This document shows, piece by piece, positions 1 to 12,181 of a stretch of DNA of 48,972 bases. Positions within the stretch are counted from its first letter, which is position 1, and each line of letters begins with the position of its first letter. A program made the position numbers and the translations under genes. The stretch comes from Planctomycetota bacterium (lineage in GTDB: Bacteria > Planctomycetota > UBA1135 > UBA2386), in contig CANMWZ010000032.1 in assembly GCA_947501605.1 (NCBI GenBank), forward strand, positions 1 to 48,972. Reading direction: 5' to 3'. The notes beneath the pieces were generated by a model that searched no databases, had not been told where the DNA came from, and saw only the letters and a program-made list of their open reading frames with translations.

Positions 1-671
1 TCGCGGTCGCGACGACCGAGCCGAGCGGCCAACCGATCGGCGTCGCGCTTCACCACGTCGAGCACGCTCGCGCGCGACGGATCGCGTTGCAGAGCATGGC
101 TGCGGAACAGCCGATCGAACACCAACCGCGGCACGATCTCCTTGGTCGCGGGGCGATCGGGCGCGGACCACGAGAGGTTGCCGCCGTAGACCGTCGAGTA
201 GCCCATGTCCTCCACTGGGTAGATCGGGTCGCAGCCAAGTTCGAGCGATGGCAACATCGTCCTCGAACCGAGGGCCGCAGCGGCGACCTGGTCCATCGAC
301 ACGCCGTTGTGCAGATCGCGCCCGCCGGTGCGGCGAATCTTGCAGCCGGTGAGCAGCGGCGCGACCTTCGCGTAATGACCATCGCCGTCGAAACTCTGGC
401 GATTGCAGAGTCCTGTGAGGATCGAGACCTCGTGACGACGATGCTGAAGCGGGGCCAACGAGTAGGACGGCAGCCAGCCGCCGTGACCGTCCGACTCGGG
501 CGTCCACGAACTCGGCAGCACGCCGTTCGGCATCACCAGGATCGCCATGCGCAGCGGCGGCGCGCGCATGGCCGCAGGCAGTCGTTCGTGAACGGCTTCC
601 AAGAAGGGCAGCGTCATTGCTGCCGACGCTCCGCGCAAGAACGCGCGGCGACCGAGGATCGGCAACCTCAT
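1..671 (-). CDS. DUF1552-family protein, 3' end runs off the window
   Basis: Manual translation from ATG at 671 gives MRLPILGRRAFLRGASAAMTLPFLEAV...LRMAILVMPNGV (Tat-like RR, then the LPFLE and PNG motifs). The start overlaps the stop of the upstream DUF1592-type gene (TGATG), the usual pairing. Confidence 0.85.
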   Translation of the reverse strand, partial: MRLPILGRRAFLRGASAAMTLPFLEAVHERLPAAMRAPPLRMAILVMPNGVLPSSWTPESDGHGGWLPSYSLAPLQHRRHEVSILTGLCNRQSFDGDGHYAKVAPLLTGCKIRRTGGRDLHNGVSMDQVAAAALGSRTMLPSLELGCDPIYPVEDMGYSTVYGGNLSWSAPDRPATKEIVPRLVFDRLFRSHALQRDPSRASVLDVVKRDADRLAARLGRRDR

Positions 672-2503
672 CACATTCCTCCCGGATCGCGCATCGTGAA
701 CAACGGCGAAGCGAGCATCGCCGAGAGCAGCGCCGAGAAGCGGAAGTCGCCGGCTTCGCACGCGGCAGCAATGCGGACCAGCTCAGGCTCGTCTCTCGCC
801 GTCATCGGTCGGCCGACTGCGAACACCAGCAGCTTGTTCGCAAACGTGCGGGCGAACTCGGCCTGGCGCTGCAGCAACGCATCCTTGAGGGCGATCGGCC
901 CATCGAGCTCCGTGCCATCCGGCAACGACGCGCGCGCATCGACCGGCTTGCCGTGCACTTCGTCGCGCCAGCGGCCGAGCACATCGAAGTTCTCGAGGGC
1001 GAAGCCCAGCGGGTCGATTTGCGCGTGGCACGAGGCGCACGAGCGGTCCTGCCGATGCCGTTCGAGCCGAGCCCGCAGTGTGAGCCCGTCGGGCTGATCG
1101 TCGTCAGCTGGCAGCACGCCGGCGTTGGCGGGCGGCGGCGGCGGCGAGGCGTCGAGCAACTGATCGAGGATCCACTTGCCGCGAAGTACCGGGCTCGTTC
1201 GCAGCGGATACGAGCTGACCATCAGCATCGCGCCGGTGCCAAGGATGCCGCCGCGACGGCGATCCGGCAGTTGCACGCGCACGAACCCGTCGCCTTGCAC
1301 ATCGGCGAGTCCGTAGTGCTTGGCCAGAGCCCCATCGACCCACGTGTGATCGCAATCGAGCAGCCACAGGATGCTGCCGTCCTCCCGCACGATCTCCGCA
1401 AACAGCAGTGCTGCCTCCTCGTAGAACGCCGGCCGCAGCGACTGGCTCCAGATCTGCGGATAGCGCCGGAAGTCCGCATTTGCCGTCAACACGTCGACAA
1501 AGCGCAGCCACTGCGCGGCAAACGTGTCGGCAAGCACCCGGCCCCTCGTCGCCGCCAGCAGACGGTGCGCGTGCGCCAACAACACCGCGGGCTCGCGCAG
1601 TTCAGAACTGCGCGCGGCGGCAAGCAGCGCCTCGTCCGGCATCGACGACGTCAGGAGATACGACAAGCGCGTCGCGAGTTCGAACGGCGACAAGCGCGCC
1701 GGCTCGGCACCGTCACCGAACTCGGCGCGGAACAAGAACGACGGCGAAGCGAGCACGGACCGGACAGCGATGGCACGAGCGTGTTCCTCACCGAGACCTG
1801 CGCGCCGCGCACCGTCGTGCAGATCGAGCCGCTCCTGCAGTTCGTCACCGGTAGCAGGTCGACGAAAGGCGCGCTCGAGGAACGGCGGCAGCGCTTCACG
1901 AAACGGCGTCGCGGTCGCAAACACCGCATGCGGCGGTTGCTGAACACGCATCGAGTCCGTCACAGTCGCGGCAATCGCGAGATAGCTCTCGAACAACATC
2001 GGCGTGACGCTGGCGACATCGCCAATCGTGTCGAAGCCGTAGGTCCGCGCATCCGGAGGCAACAACTCGCTCGCCTGGATCTCGACGCCGCACAAGTCGC
2101 GGATCGTGTACTCGAGCTGCGTGCGCGACAGACGACGGATCGTGGCGATCCGCGCGTCGACCGCCACGGGGATGCGCGCCGCGAGCACCGTCACGAGTTC
2201 GATGCGTTCTGCCACCGTCGGCAATTCGCCTGCATCGGGCGGCGGCATCGTGCGGGAACGGACGCGCTGCATGGCAAGCTGCAGCCGTGAGACCGCGGCT
2301 TCGTCGGGCACATTGCCCACGGCGAACAGCGGGGCGATCTCGAAAGCCGCCTCGGCATCCGCTCCTGCGTGGCACTCGACACAGTGGCTTTCGAGCAACA
2401 GCGGCAGCGCCGCGGGCACCGGGTTCTGTGCAGTACAGCGCAGCGCTGCCGTGGCGACCAGCAGCGCGCAGTGAGTTGGCGACGGAAGCACGAGGCCGCG
2501 CAT
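671..2503 (-). CDS. Planctomycete-type cytochrome c protein with DUF1587/1595/1592/1588/1585 domains
   Basis: N-terminal CVECH, RRLSRTQLEYTIRDL, SPSFLFR, RTSPVLRGKWIL and a second heme motif CASCH. Start set at ATG 2503; the ORF track extends it to 2590. Confidence 0.9.
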   Translation of the reverse strand: MRGLVLPSPTHCALLVATAALRCTAQNPVPAALPLLLESHCVECHAGADAEAAFEIAPLFAVGNVPDEAAVSRLQLAMQRVRSRTMPPPDAGELPTVAERIELVTVLAARIPVAVDARIATIRRLSRTQLEYTIRDLCGVEIQASELLPPDARTYGFDTIGDVASVTPMLFESYLAIAATVTDSMRVQQPPHAVFATATPFREALPPFLERAFRRPATGDELQERLDLHDGARRAGLGEEHARAIAVRSVLASPSFLFRAEFGDGAEPARLSPFELATRLSYLLTSSMPDEALLAAARSSELREPAVLLAHAHRLLAATRGRVLADTFAAQWLRFVDVLTANADFRRYPQIWSQSLRPAFYEEAALLFAEIVREDGSILWLLDCDHTWVDGALAKHYGLADVQGDGFVRVQLPDRRRGGILGTGAMLMVSSYPLRTSPVLRGKWILDQLLDASPPPPPANAGVLPADDDQPDGLTLRARLERHRQDRSCASCHAQIDPLGFALENFDVLGRWRDEVHGKPVDARASLPDGTELDGPIALKDALLQRQAEFARTFANKLLVFAVGRPMTARDEPELVRIAAACEAGDFRFSALLSAMLASPLFTMRDPGGM

Positions 2504-2723
2504 GCTACGACGCGCGGTGGCGACCGTCGCCTGCTGCTGCGCCGGACCGAGTCTCGGTGTGACGCACGCGCACATTGCTGTTGACCGCACCCGACATTCG
2601 CCCGGTCGGCGCCACCGACGAACTTGTGCGCGCCCCCCCTTTACCGCCTTGGATGACCAACGGTATACCGTCCCCCCGGTGCACCATTTTGGTCGCCTTC
2701 CCTTCCCTCATCCACGCAGAGAC

Positions 2724-4805
2724 ATGAAGAAATTCTCACTCGCAGCGTTGTGCCTGGCTGCCTTCGCCGGCAACGCCGTCGCCCAGCAGGTCGTCATGCC
2801 GTTGAACACGGCATTCTTTGCCCCTGGCATCAGTGGACTGACTTGGCGCACCACAGCGTTCAAGTTCCAGATGATGTATGCCAACTCGCTCATGACCTCA
2901 CAGGGCATGACCGGTCCGGTGCTCATCAACCGCGTCCGCTTCCGCGCCGAAGATGGCGAGGCCAACCTCGGCGGCCAAGTCTACAGCAACGTCAGCGTGC
3001 GCCTCTACGACACGCCGACGACGACGGTGACGGTGCAGTCGATCACCGCGACGGGCGTTCCGACCGTGACGAGCGTGCCGACGACCGGCATCGTCAACCT
3101 GGCCTTCGCCTCGGGCACGACCGATGCCACCCGCAGCTTCACGCTGGTCGGCACCAGCGGCGCCAACCTCGGCGTCAGCCGCTTCATCAGCACGAACTCG
3201 TCGACCTCGATCACGGTCAGCGCCGGCTTCCCGGTGGCCCCGCTCGCTGGCGACACGTTTGACGTCATCCGCGCCCCCATCACGTTCGTCAACACCGCGC
3301 AGACCTTCGCGGCCAACGTCGGCGCCAACACCGGCACAACCGAAGTCTTCCCGATCGTCCAAGTCGCGCCTGCTTCGGGCAGCTTCCCGAACGACTACGT
3401 CATCGATCTGCCGCTGACGACCAGTGCGTTCCTGTACGACCCGACCACGATGGGCAACCTCGTGATCGAAGTGTCGGTCGCCGCAGCCCCGGCGCCGAAC
3501 CCAACGGCACTGATCGTCTTCGGCACGTCGGCGGCCGCAACCGGCCTCGCTCGTCGCAACTCGGCGACGACGCCCACCGCAGTCGCTGGCGGGTTGTCGG
3601 ACTTCGGCTCGGTGATCAAGCTCGACTTCGTCGGGCCGGGTGGCCAGACGTCGTTCGACCCGGCCAAGGTCGTCAGCATCGGCGCTGCGTGCAACGCACA
3701 GTCCTCGAACATCCAGCAGTACTTCGGCAACGAAGTGTTCGACCTTGCGAACAGCAGCCTGATGTGGACGCCGGACAGCCTGGCTGCCCCGGTCAACTAC
3801 TCAGTCGCGGCTGGCGCAACGGCCGTCGACCTCAGCAAGGCAACGGGCCTGGCGAACACGGGTGACGACGCGCTTACGACCCACAACCTCGCCGCCAACG
3901 GCTGGCTTGCTCCGTTCGCCTACCCAGGTGGCTCGGCGGTCGACTTCCTGGGCTGCACCAACGGCTTCGTCTGGCTCGCCACGACGACCTCGGCTACGGC
4001 GAACCCGTCAGTCGCCAACTGGCTCGGCGGCGCCGCGTCGAACTTCCCCGCTCGCTTCGCGGCGTGCTGGCACGACTTCCTCGGCACCCGAAACCTGGCG
4101 ACGAACCCGCTCGCGGGCATGTACATCGCCACGGACACGACGGGCGGCCCGGGCAACGCCGTGACCTATGTCACGTGGCGCGAGACCGGCGAGTTCAACA
4201 CGGTGTCAGCTACCCCCGGCCACTCGATCAACACGCTCCAGCTCGCGTTCTTCGAGCTGACCGGCCAAGTCGAGATGCGCTTTGGCGCGATGAACCCGCT
4301 GACCACCGGTTGCACGACCGGCTTCACGCGCGGCACGCTCGGCCTCGGCGTCAACAGCACGGACTCCGGTTCGCGCAACCTGTCGAGTGAGCTGCCGACC
4401 GCGGCGACTGGCCCCAACGGCCCTCGCGGCGCCCTGCTGCTCGGCACGTCTTCGCGCCTGAGCTACAACCAGTCGACGACGTTCACGGCCGTCAACATCC
4501 CGGCGACCGCGGCCTTCGGCGCCTACATCTATGACTTCGCCGTCTTCGAGCCGGGTATCCAGGTCCCCGGCCTGCTCAACCCCGGCTGCCTGTTGACGCT
4601 GCAGTTGTCGCCGCAGCACGCGATCATCCAGTTCGATCTGCTGGGTGGCCCGGCGACGACGACGACGCCCGCCTTCGGCCCGGTGCCGAACGCGCCGTTC
4701 ATCTTCAACAACGTGCCGTTCTACGTGCAGTACGCCTGCATCGACGGCGGCACGAGCCTGTGGTACTCGAGCAACACGCTCAAGTTCACCCTCGGCAACA
4801 ACTGA
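2724..4805 (+). CDS. Large secreted Thr/Ala/Gly-rich beta-strand protein (693 aa), unknown function
   Basis: Signal peptide MKKFSLAALCLAAFAGNAVA-Q, strongly GC3-biased codons and a downstream terminator. Confidence 0.85.
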   Translation: MKKFSLAALCLAAFAGNAVAQQVVMPLNTAFFAPGISGLTWRTTAFKFQMMYANSLMTSQGMTGPVLINRVRFRAEDGEANLGGQVYSNVSVRLYDTPTTTVTVQSITATGVPTVTSVPTTGIVNLAFASGTTDATRSFTLVGTSGANLGVSRFISTNSSTSITVSAGFPVAPLAGDTFDVIRAPITFVNTAQTFAANVGANTGTTEVFPIVQVAPASGSFPNDYVIDLPLTTSAFLYDPTTMGNLVIEVSVAAAPAPNPTALIVFGTSAAATGLARRNSATTPTAVAGGLSDFGSVIKLDFVGPGGQTSFDPAKVVSIGAACNAQSSNIQQYFGNEVFDLANSSLMWTPDSLAAPVNYSVAAGATAVDLSKATGLANTGDDALTTHNLAANGWLAPFAYPGGSAVDFLGCTNGFVWLATTTSATANPSVANWLGGAASNFPARFAACWHDFLGTRNLATNPLAGMYIATDTTGGPGNAVTYVTWRETGEFNTVSATPGHSINTLQLAFFELTGQVEMRFGAMNPLTTGCTTGFTRGTLGLGVNSTDSGSRNLSSELPTAATGPNGPRGALLLGTSSRLSYNQSTTFTAVNIPATAAFGAYIYDFAVFEPGIQVPGLLNPGCLLTLQLSPQHAIIQFDLLGGPATTTTPAFGPVPNAPFIFNNVPFYVQYACIDGGTSLWYSSNTLKFTLGNN

Positions 4806-4822
4806 TCGCGAGGATCGACGAC

Positions 4823-4892
4823 GCTAGCGTGTGATCCCGTCACACGCTGGCTTCCAGAACGGCGAGCCCTGGTGGCTCGCTGTTTTTGTTTT
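4823..4892 (+). terminator. Hairpin (4823-4851) followed by an intrinsic terminator (4858-4892)
   Basis: gctagcgtgtga-tcccg-tcacacgctggc, then aacggcgagcc-ctggt-ggctcgctgtt followed by tttgtttt. Confidence 0.75.
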
Positions 4893-4946
4893 GGGCGGCC
4901 TGCGCTGCTGCCTCGCCCTCCACGCGACGCTACCTTTTGGCCCATC

Positions 4947-5189
4947 ATGACCGACCCCAAGATTCCAAGTCGCGTCCCCTACGTACTCGATTGCAAGCCC
5001 GGCACCTATGCGTGGTGCTCGTGCGGAATGAGCAAGAAGCAGCCGTACTGCGACGGCTCACACGCCGGCACGAGCTTCGTGCCAAAGATCGAGACGATCA
5101 CCGAGGCCAAGAAGGTCGCGTGGTGCGGCTGCAAGCACGCGAAGACCAAGCCGTTCTGCGACGGCTCGCACAGCAAGCTGCCGAAGTGA
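4947..5189 (+). CDS. CDGSH iron-sulfur protein with two CDGSH domains (MiNT/CISD3-like)
   Basis: WCSCGMSKKQPYCDGSH and WCGCKHAKTKPFCDGSH. Confidence 0.95.
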   Translation: MTDPKIPSRVPYVLDCKPGTYAWCSCGMSKKQPYCDGSHAGTSFVPKIETITEAKKVAWCGCKHAKTKPFCDGSHSKLPK

Positions 5190-5272
5190 TTGCTCATGCA
5201 GCAGACGGCGAGGTGTGAAGGGAGACAGGGCCAGCGAGCACGACCGCACCACCAGCAGCTAGAGCTCGACTC

Positions 5273-6592
5273 CTAGTCGCGCAACTTCACGCCATCGCGG
5301 CGCGCGAGCCACAGACTGCACACGAGGTCGGAGGTCACGTTCGGCACCGTGCGCGTCATGTCGACGAGACGATCGACGCCGAGAATCAGCGCCATCATCT
5401 CAGCCGGAACGCCGACCTGCACCAGCACGATCGCCAGCAGCGGCAGCGAGCCGCCCGGGACACCCGCCGCGCCGATCGCCGTCACCACCGCCATCGCCAG
5501 CACGATCAACTGCTGCTGCAGACCGAGTTCGACACCGGCGACCTGGGCCAAGAACAGCACGCTGACGCCCTCGAACAGCGCGGTACCGTTCATGTTCATC
5601 GTCGCGCCGAGCGGCATCACAAACCCCGCGATCTCGCGCGGCACGCCAAACTCTTCGACCGCGGTGCGGATCGTCGTCGGCAGCGTCGCGTTGGAACTGC
5701 TGGTCGAGAACGCAGTGACGAGCAATGTGCGACAGCCGGAGTAGAAGCGGCGCGGCGACAGACCGGCGAACACCTTGGCGAGCACGGTGATGACAACGAA
5801 CTGCCACAGCAGGAGGCCACCCATCGCCGTCGCGAGGTACCACGCGACCAGCTTCATCACGTCGAAGCCGAGCTTGCTGCTGGCAGTGAAGATCAGCCCC
5901 GCAACGCCGAACGGCGCCAACTGCATCGCCCAACCGAGCACCTTCACGCACAGCTCGTAGATCGTCTCCAGCACGTCGCGCAGCGTCTTGGTGCGCTCTT
6001 GCGGCAAGCGCGTCGAAGCCGCGCCGAGCAGCAGCGCAAAGCAGATCAACCCGAGCACCTGGCCGTTGTCGGCGGCGGCGGCGACGACGTTCTTCGGCAC
6101 GATCTCGACCAGCATGTCCATCATCGACTTCGACTGCGCACCCTGCGCAATCCGCGCTTGTGCGTCGCCCAGGTACTGTGCCTGAACGCGGGCGAGACCT
6201 TCGGCCGAGATCTGCTTGCCCGGCTGGATGATGCCGACGAGCAGCAGCGCGAGGCCGACTGCGCCCGCAGTGGTGGTCAAGAACCACGCCAGCGTGCGAC
6301 CGCCGAGACTGCCCAGACGTTGCACGCTGCCAAGCCCGGCGACTCCGAGGAACAGCGAGCAGAACACCACGGGCACGACGACCATGAACAGCAACCGCAA
6401 GAACAGCTGTCCGATCGGGTTCGCGACCGTGTCGGCAAACCAGAGCACATTGGTCCATGCGGCACTCGCCGGCTCGCCGAGCGGCGGCGCGTAGAGCCCG
6501 TTGAGCACCACGCCCGCAGTGGCGCCGAGCAGCATGCCGAGCAGGATGCGGGTCGGCAGCGACGAATGGCCTGCAGCAGCGGATGCGTCCAT
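5273..6592 (-). CDS. Dicarboxylate/amino acid:cation symporter (DAACS, GltP family)
   Basis: AFSTSSSNATLP, PLGATMNMNGTAL, GAAGVPGG and DMTRTVPNVTSD motifs, with many TM segments. Confidence 0.93.
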   Translation of the reverse strand: MDASAAAGHSSLPTRILLGMLLGATAGVVLNGLYAPPLGEPASAAWTNVLWFADTVANPIGQLFLRLLFMVVVPVVFCSLFLGVAGLGSVQRLGSLGGRTLAWFLTTTAGAVGLALLLVGIIQPGKQISAEGLARVQAQYLGDAQARIAQGAQSKSMMDMLVEIVPKNVVAAAADNGQVLGLICFALLLGAASTRLPQERTKTLRDVLETIYELCVKVLGWAMQLAPFGVAGLIFTASSKLGFDVMKLVAWYLATAMGGLLLWQFVVITVLAKVFAGLSPRRFYSGCRTLLVTAFSTSSSNATLPTTIRTAVEEFGVPREIAGFVMPLGATMNMNGTALFEGVSVLFLAQVAGVELGLQQQLIVLAMAVVTAIGAAGVPGGSLPLLAIVLVQVGVPAEMMALILGVDRLVDMTRTVPNVTSDLVCSLWLARRDGVKLRD

Positions 6593-6879
6593 CGACGCAT
6601 TGCGCCGGGAACGTGCGCGCAGCGCAAGCGCGCACTGCAAATGACCTGAGTGGTTTTCGACATGGCGGGCGCGCGGGCTCCGAGCCGCCGCGACCGCGGA
6701 CCAGGAGCGGACTCGGAGCTGGCGACTTCGCGGTGCGTCGGTGACGCAGAGATCGATCGAGAGGAGCCGACCCAGCGGCCGGCACCCTCGCCAACAGCGG
6801 CATCGCCCCCGAACCCGAGCCCGTTGGCAGACGCGCAAGAGAAGGGCACACTGCTGGCTTCTTGCTCCCTGGAGGTCCG

Positions 6880-7794
6880 ATGCGCCGCCTGTTTGCCGCC
6901 CTACTGCTTTCGCTCGTCGCCACGCCGCTCACCGCCCAACAACTCTGGCTGGCACAGAACGACAACACCACCTACGGCGGCTATGCCACCGGCTGGCCAG
7001 CTTCGGTGATCGGCTTCCGATTCACGGCGCCGAGCAACGCCGTGATCGCTGCAGCCCAGGTCTTCACCGGCAACGCCGCGCCGGCGCCGCACACGCTCGA
7101 ACTGCGTTCGCACGACGCCCTCACCGGCCTGCCCGGCACTCTGCTCGGAGCGCCAGGCACGTGGACAACGGAGCACGCGCGGTGCTGGCAGGGTCCGGCG
7201 TTGCCGCAGACCGTCGCGCTCACTGGTGGCCAGGACTACTGGCTCGTGTGGCGCGTCACCGGCATGTTCCACCAACACTCGATCTCGGCCGACGCGACGC
7301 CGGGCAACGTGCTGTCCGAAGTACGCATCAGCGACGGCACATCCTGGCACGGGCAGGCGACACTGGCGGCGAAGTTCCGACTGTTCACGCAGCACGCAGC
7401 TGGCGTCGCCGTCCCGTTCGGAAGCGCGAAGCCAGGCACCCACGGCAACCCGACGATCGGCGCGACCACGTGGCCCGCGATCGGCAGCAGGCTCGACCTC
7501 TGGCTCGACAACGCGGTTCGCCGGCAGCCGGCATTTCTGCTACTCGGCTCGCCGATCCCGACGGGGCTCACGATCCCTGGTATTGGCACGACCTGGACCA
7601 CGGCGGACGTGTCGTACTTCGTGCTGACCAGCACCCAATCGAGCCCGTTCGTCGGCGGCGCGACTGTGTCGCTGCCGGTGCCCAACGACACCGGCCTCAC
7701 CAACGTGCCGGTTGCGTTCCAGTGGGGCATCCTCGACCCGCTCGCCGCGGACGGCATCGCGCACACGGCGGCGGTCGAGATCGTGCTGCAGTAG
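6880..7794 (+). CDS. Secreted protein with the shared C-terminal domain
   Basis: GGAGG RBS and signal peptide MRRLFAALLLSLVATPLTA-Q. Confidence 0.85.
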   Translation: MRRLFAALLLSLVATPLTAQQLWLAQNDNTTYGGYATGWPASVIGFRFTAPSNAVIAAAQVFTGNAAPAPHTLELRSHDALTGLPGTLLGAPGTWTTEHARCWQGPALPQTVALTGGQDYWLVWRVTGMFHQHSISADATPGNVLSEVRISDGTSWHGQATLAAKFRLFTQHAAGVAVPFGSAKPGTHGNPTIGATTWPAIGSRLDLWLDNAVRRQPAFLLLGSPIPTGLTIPGIGTTWTTADVSYFVLTSTQSSPFVGGATVSLPVPNDTGLTNVPVAFQWGILDPLAADGIAHTAAVEIVLQ

Positions 7795-7819
7795 CGGCGG
7801 CGGGCGGCGCCGCGGCACG

Positions 7820-8737
7820 CTACTTCTTGCTGGCTCCGCGCGCTTGCTCGAGCATCGCCCGATTGCGTTCGCGCATGACCGCCGGGGTCTTGTCGTCTTC
7901 CAACGCGTCAAAGGCGCGCTGCGCCAGTTCGGCGTCGCCCGACTTGGCCGAGGACGCGAGGACCATCTGCCAGAAGTAGGGCGCCATGTCGGCCGACGGC
8001 AGTCGCCCCGCGCGCACCATCGCGACGAACTTCTCGCCGACACCATCGGCGCCCAATTCGCGGGCCTTCCCGCGCCACACCCGCACCTCGCCGTCGACGA
8101 GGAACTGCTCGACCCTGGTCTTGTCAGCATCGTCGAGCTCGACGGTCTTCATGCGCTCACGTGCTTGCTCGGTCGTCATCATCTGCAGATCAAGCTCGAG
8201 CAAGAACAGCTGGCGCTCGACCTTCTTGTCGCCTTTGCCAGCAGCAGCGCGCAGGCTCGCCAACTCGTCGAGCTGAGCCCGCGTGCGCGTCAGACTCTCG
8301 ATCTTGCGCTGCAAGTTGCGCACGGTGACTTCGCCCGCACCATCCAGGAAGCAAATGCTCGGGAAGCCGCCAAAGCCCTTCTCGCTGAGCAGCTTGGGAT
8401 AGGGCTCGTCGTCGACCCGCGAGGTGTTGTGCAAGAACAGCACAACCGTCTTGCTGAACTCCACGAACGCCGGGGTGGAGAGCAAACTGCTCTCCAGCAT
8501 GTCGCACGGGCCTCAATGGGCGTAGCTGCGCGTGAAGTAGGCGAAGATTGGCTTGTTGGTCGCCACCGCCTTGGCGCGCGCGGCGTCGTAGTCGAGCATC
8601 CAGTCGGCCTTCTGGAACACGGACTTGGCCAGCTTCTCTTTGCGCAGCTCGACAAACTGCTCCTGGGTCTTGTTCTGCCCCGACAGCAACACGGAGAGCA
8701 AGGCAAACACGGCAGCACTTCGGAACATGGGTCGCAT
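7820..8737 (-). CDS. Secreted thioredoxin-fold selenoprotein (UxxC, Sec at codon 75) with a helical C-terminal region
   Basis: ORFs 8513-8863 and 7820-8500 share one frame, separated by a TGA at 8513-8515, giving KPIFAYFTRSYAH-U-GPCDML. AGGAG RBS precedes ATG 8737, with a signal peptide, a downstream GFPSICFLD cis-Pro motif and a SECIS-like hairpin. Confidence 0.85.
8476..8496 (-). promoter_or_regulatory. Candidate bacterial SECIS element
   Basis: Perfect 9-bp stem UGGAGAGCA-GUU-UGCUCUCCA starting 16 nt after the UGA; the loop begins with G. Confidence 0.75.
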
Positions 8738-8844
8738 GGGATCTCCTGGGGGGCTTCTCTGGCCAGCGTGCGCTGACGGATCGACGATGGCAACTCTACG
8801 CTTCGCGAGCGATCGTGTGCCAACCCGTTGCCCTGATCGGCCAC

Positions 8845-9237
8845 ATGACCTTCCGCCCTTCACTGTTCGCGCTGCTTGCCACCACCGCTCTTGTCCTCGG
8901 CACGCTCGGGATCAACTACGACGCGCTGCCGGAACGCGTGGCGTCCGACTTCAGCACCGCCGGAAACGTCACCGGGCACTCCAGCAAGGTGGCGTTCGCG
9001 ATCGGCATCACGGGCATCGCTGTCTTCGACTTCCTCGTGTTTGCCGGCATCGGTTTTCTGATTCGGCGACTGCCGCTCAGCCTGATCAACGTGCCTCACC
9101 GCGAGTACTGGCTCTCGCCCGAACGGCGCGAGGCAACGCTCGCGACGGGGACCAACCAGATGCTCTGGTTCGGTGCGGCCACGCAGCTATTCATGGCGGG
9201 CATCACCTGGATCTGGACTGGCTCCAAGGGACCTTGA
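8845..9237 (+). CDS. DUF1648-like membrane protein
   Basis: YDALPERVASDFSTAGNVTG motif, INVPHREYWL and three hydrophobic segments. Confidence 0.75.
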   Translation: MTFRPSLFALLATTALVLGTLGINYDALPERVASDFSTAGNVTGHSSKVAFAIGITGIAVFDFLVFAGIGFLIRRLPLSLINVPHREYWLSPERREATLATGTNQMLWFGAATQLFMAGITWIWTGSKGP

Positions 9238-9281
9238 CCGGGCCTTGCCACGCAGCTTCCCGCGGCCCACCATCCGCCACC

Positions 9282-9803
9282 GTGAATCGCCTGCTACTTT
9301 CGACCGTGTCGTTTTTCATCCTGCTCTGGTCCTGCGCGCAGTCGCCGGATCCCGCCCCCGTCGCCACCGCCGACGGCCTGCCGGCTCTGACTCCGCTCCA
9401 AGGGGAATGCGACTTCTCCACACCGCTGGTGCCCGGCATTCCCGGCAGCCCGGGCCACCTGATCCGCTCGCCGCGCAATCCGAACGGCGACAGTGAGCTC
9501 TCGTATCTCATGCGCCAGATGGCAGATGACCTGGAAGCGGCGCGGAAGGCGGTGGCAGCGGGCACGCGACCAGCGCCGCTGCTGCCGATCCATCGCCGCA
9601 TCCGGTGCAGTTGGCCGACCAAGCTCGACGAACGCAACGCGCAGTTCGATGGCATGGCACAGAGCTATCTCGCCGCGGTGAAGACCTTCGACGAGACGCC
9701 GACACAAGGTGCCTACAACGCGATCGTGCAGGGCTGCGTCAGTTGCCACTCGGTATCGTGCCGTGGGCCGCTGGATCGCATCGATGAGCTGGTTTGGCGC
9801 TGA
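9282..9803 (+). CDS. Lipoprotein c-type cytochrome with a C-terminal CxxCH (class II, cytochrome c'-like placement)
   Basis: GTG start, lipobox-like ILLWSC, a helical body and CVSCH near the C-terminus. Confidence 0.7.
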   Translation: MNRLLLSTVSFFILLWSCAQSPDPAPVATADGLPALTPLQGECDFSTPLVPGIPGSPGHLIRSPRNPNGDSELSYLMRQMADDLEAARKAVAAGTRPAPLLPIHRRIRCSWPTKLDERNAQFDGMAQSYLAAVKTFDETPTQGAYNAIVQGCVSCHSVSCRGPLDRIDELVWR

Positions 9804-9818
9804 TCGCGCCCGCTGCCG

Positions 9819-11927
<2,109 letters not shown>

Positions 11928-11992
11928 CACCGTCGCTCCGGACGAGATGAGACGTTTGCGCACAGGCGTCCAGGCGAGTTACCCACGACCAC

Positions 11993-12021
11993 GGATCGGC
12001 ATTTGTGGGTCTTTGCCCTGA
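11993..12021 (-). promoter_or_regulatory. Sigma28-like promoter candidate (TCAGG-N16-GCCGATCC)
   Basis: Lies upstream of the hybrid kinase with the same spacing as two other sites in the window. Confidence 0.55.
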
Positions 12022-12181
12022 ATCAGGATCGTGTTGGCAGGAGCTCCCGACCGGCCGCCGCTGACGCCCATGGCATGGGTGGTTCACGGCGACATTCCAA
12101 CGATCACGCCGCGGACCGTGGGTCGCCTCCGTGAGCGCCTGCGTCCACTTGGTGCCTTGGCACTCGCCCTCTACCCTCCCG

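Noticed and set aside
87..2290. Long plus-strand ORFs 87-1097 and 617-2290, and similar shadow ORFs elsewhere (e.g. 10398-11897, 23084-24451, 36621-37964, 46893-48386)
   Set aside because: These are antisense or off-frame shadows of well-supported genes, which are common in GC-rich DNA and show no protein motifs.
8513..8515. Nonsense mutation or pseudogene
   Set aside because: The stop falls exactly on the catalytic Cys position of a CxxC motif and is followed by a SECIS-like hairpin, so Sec recoding is the better explanation.
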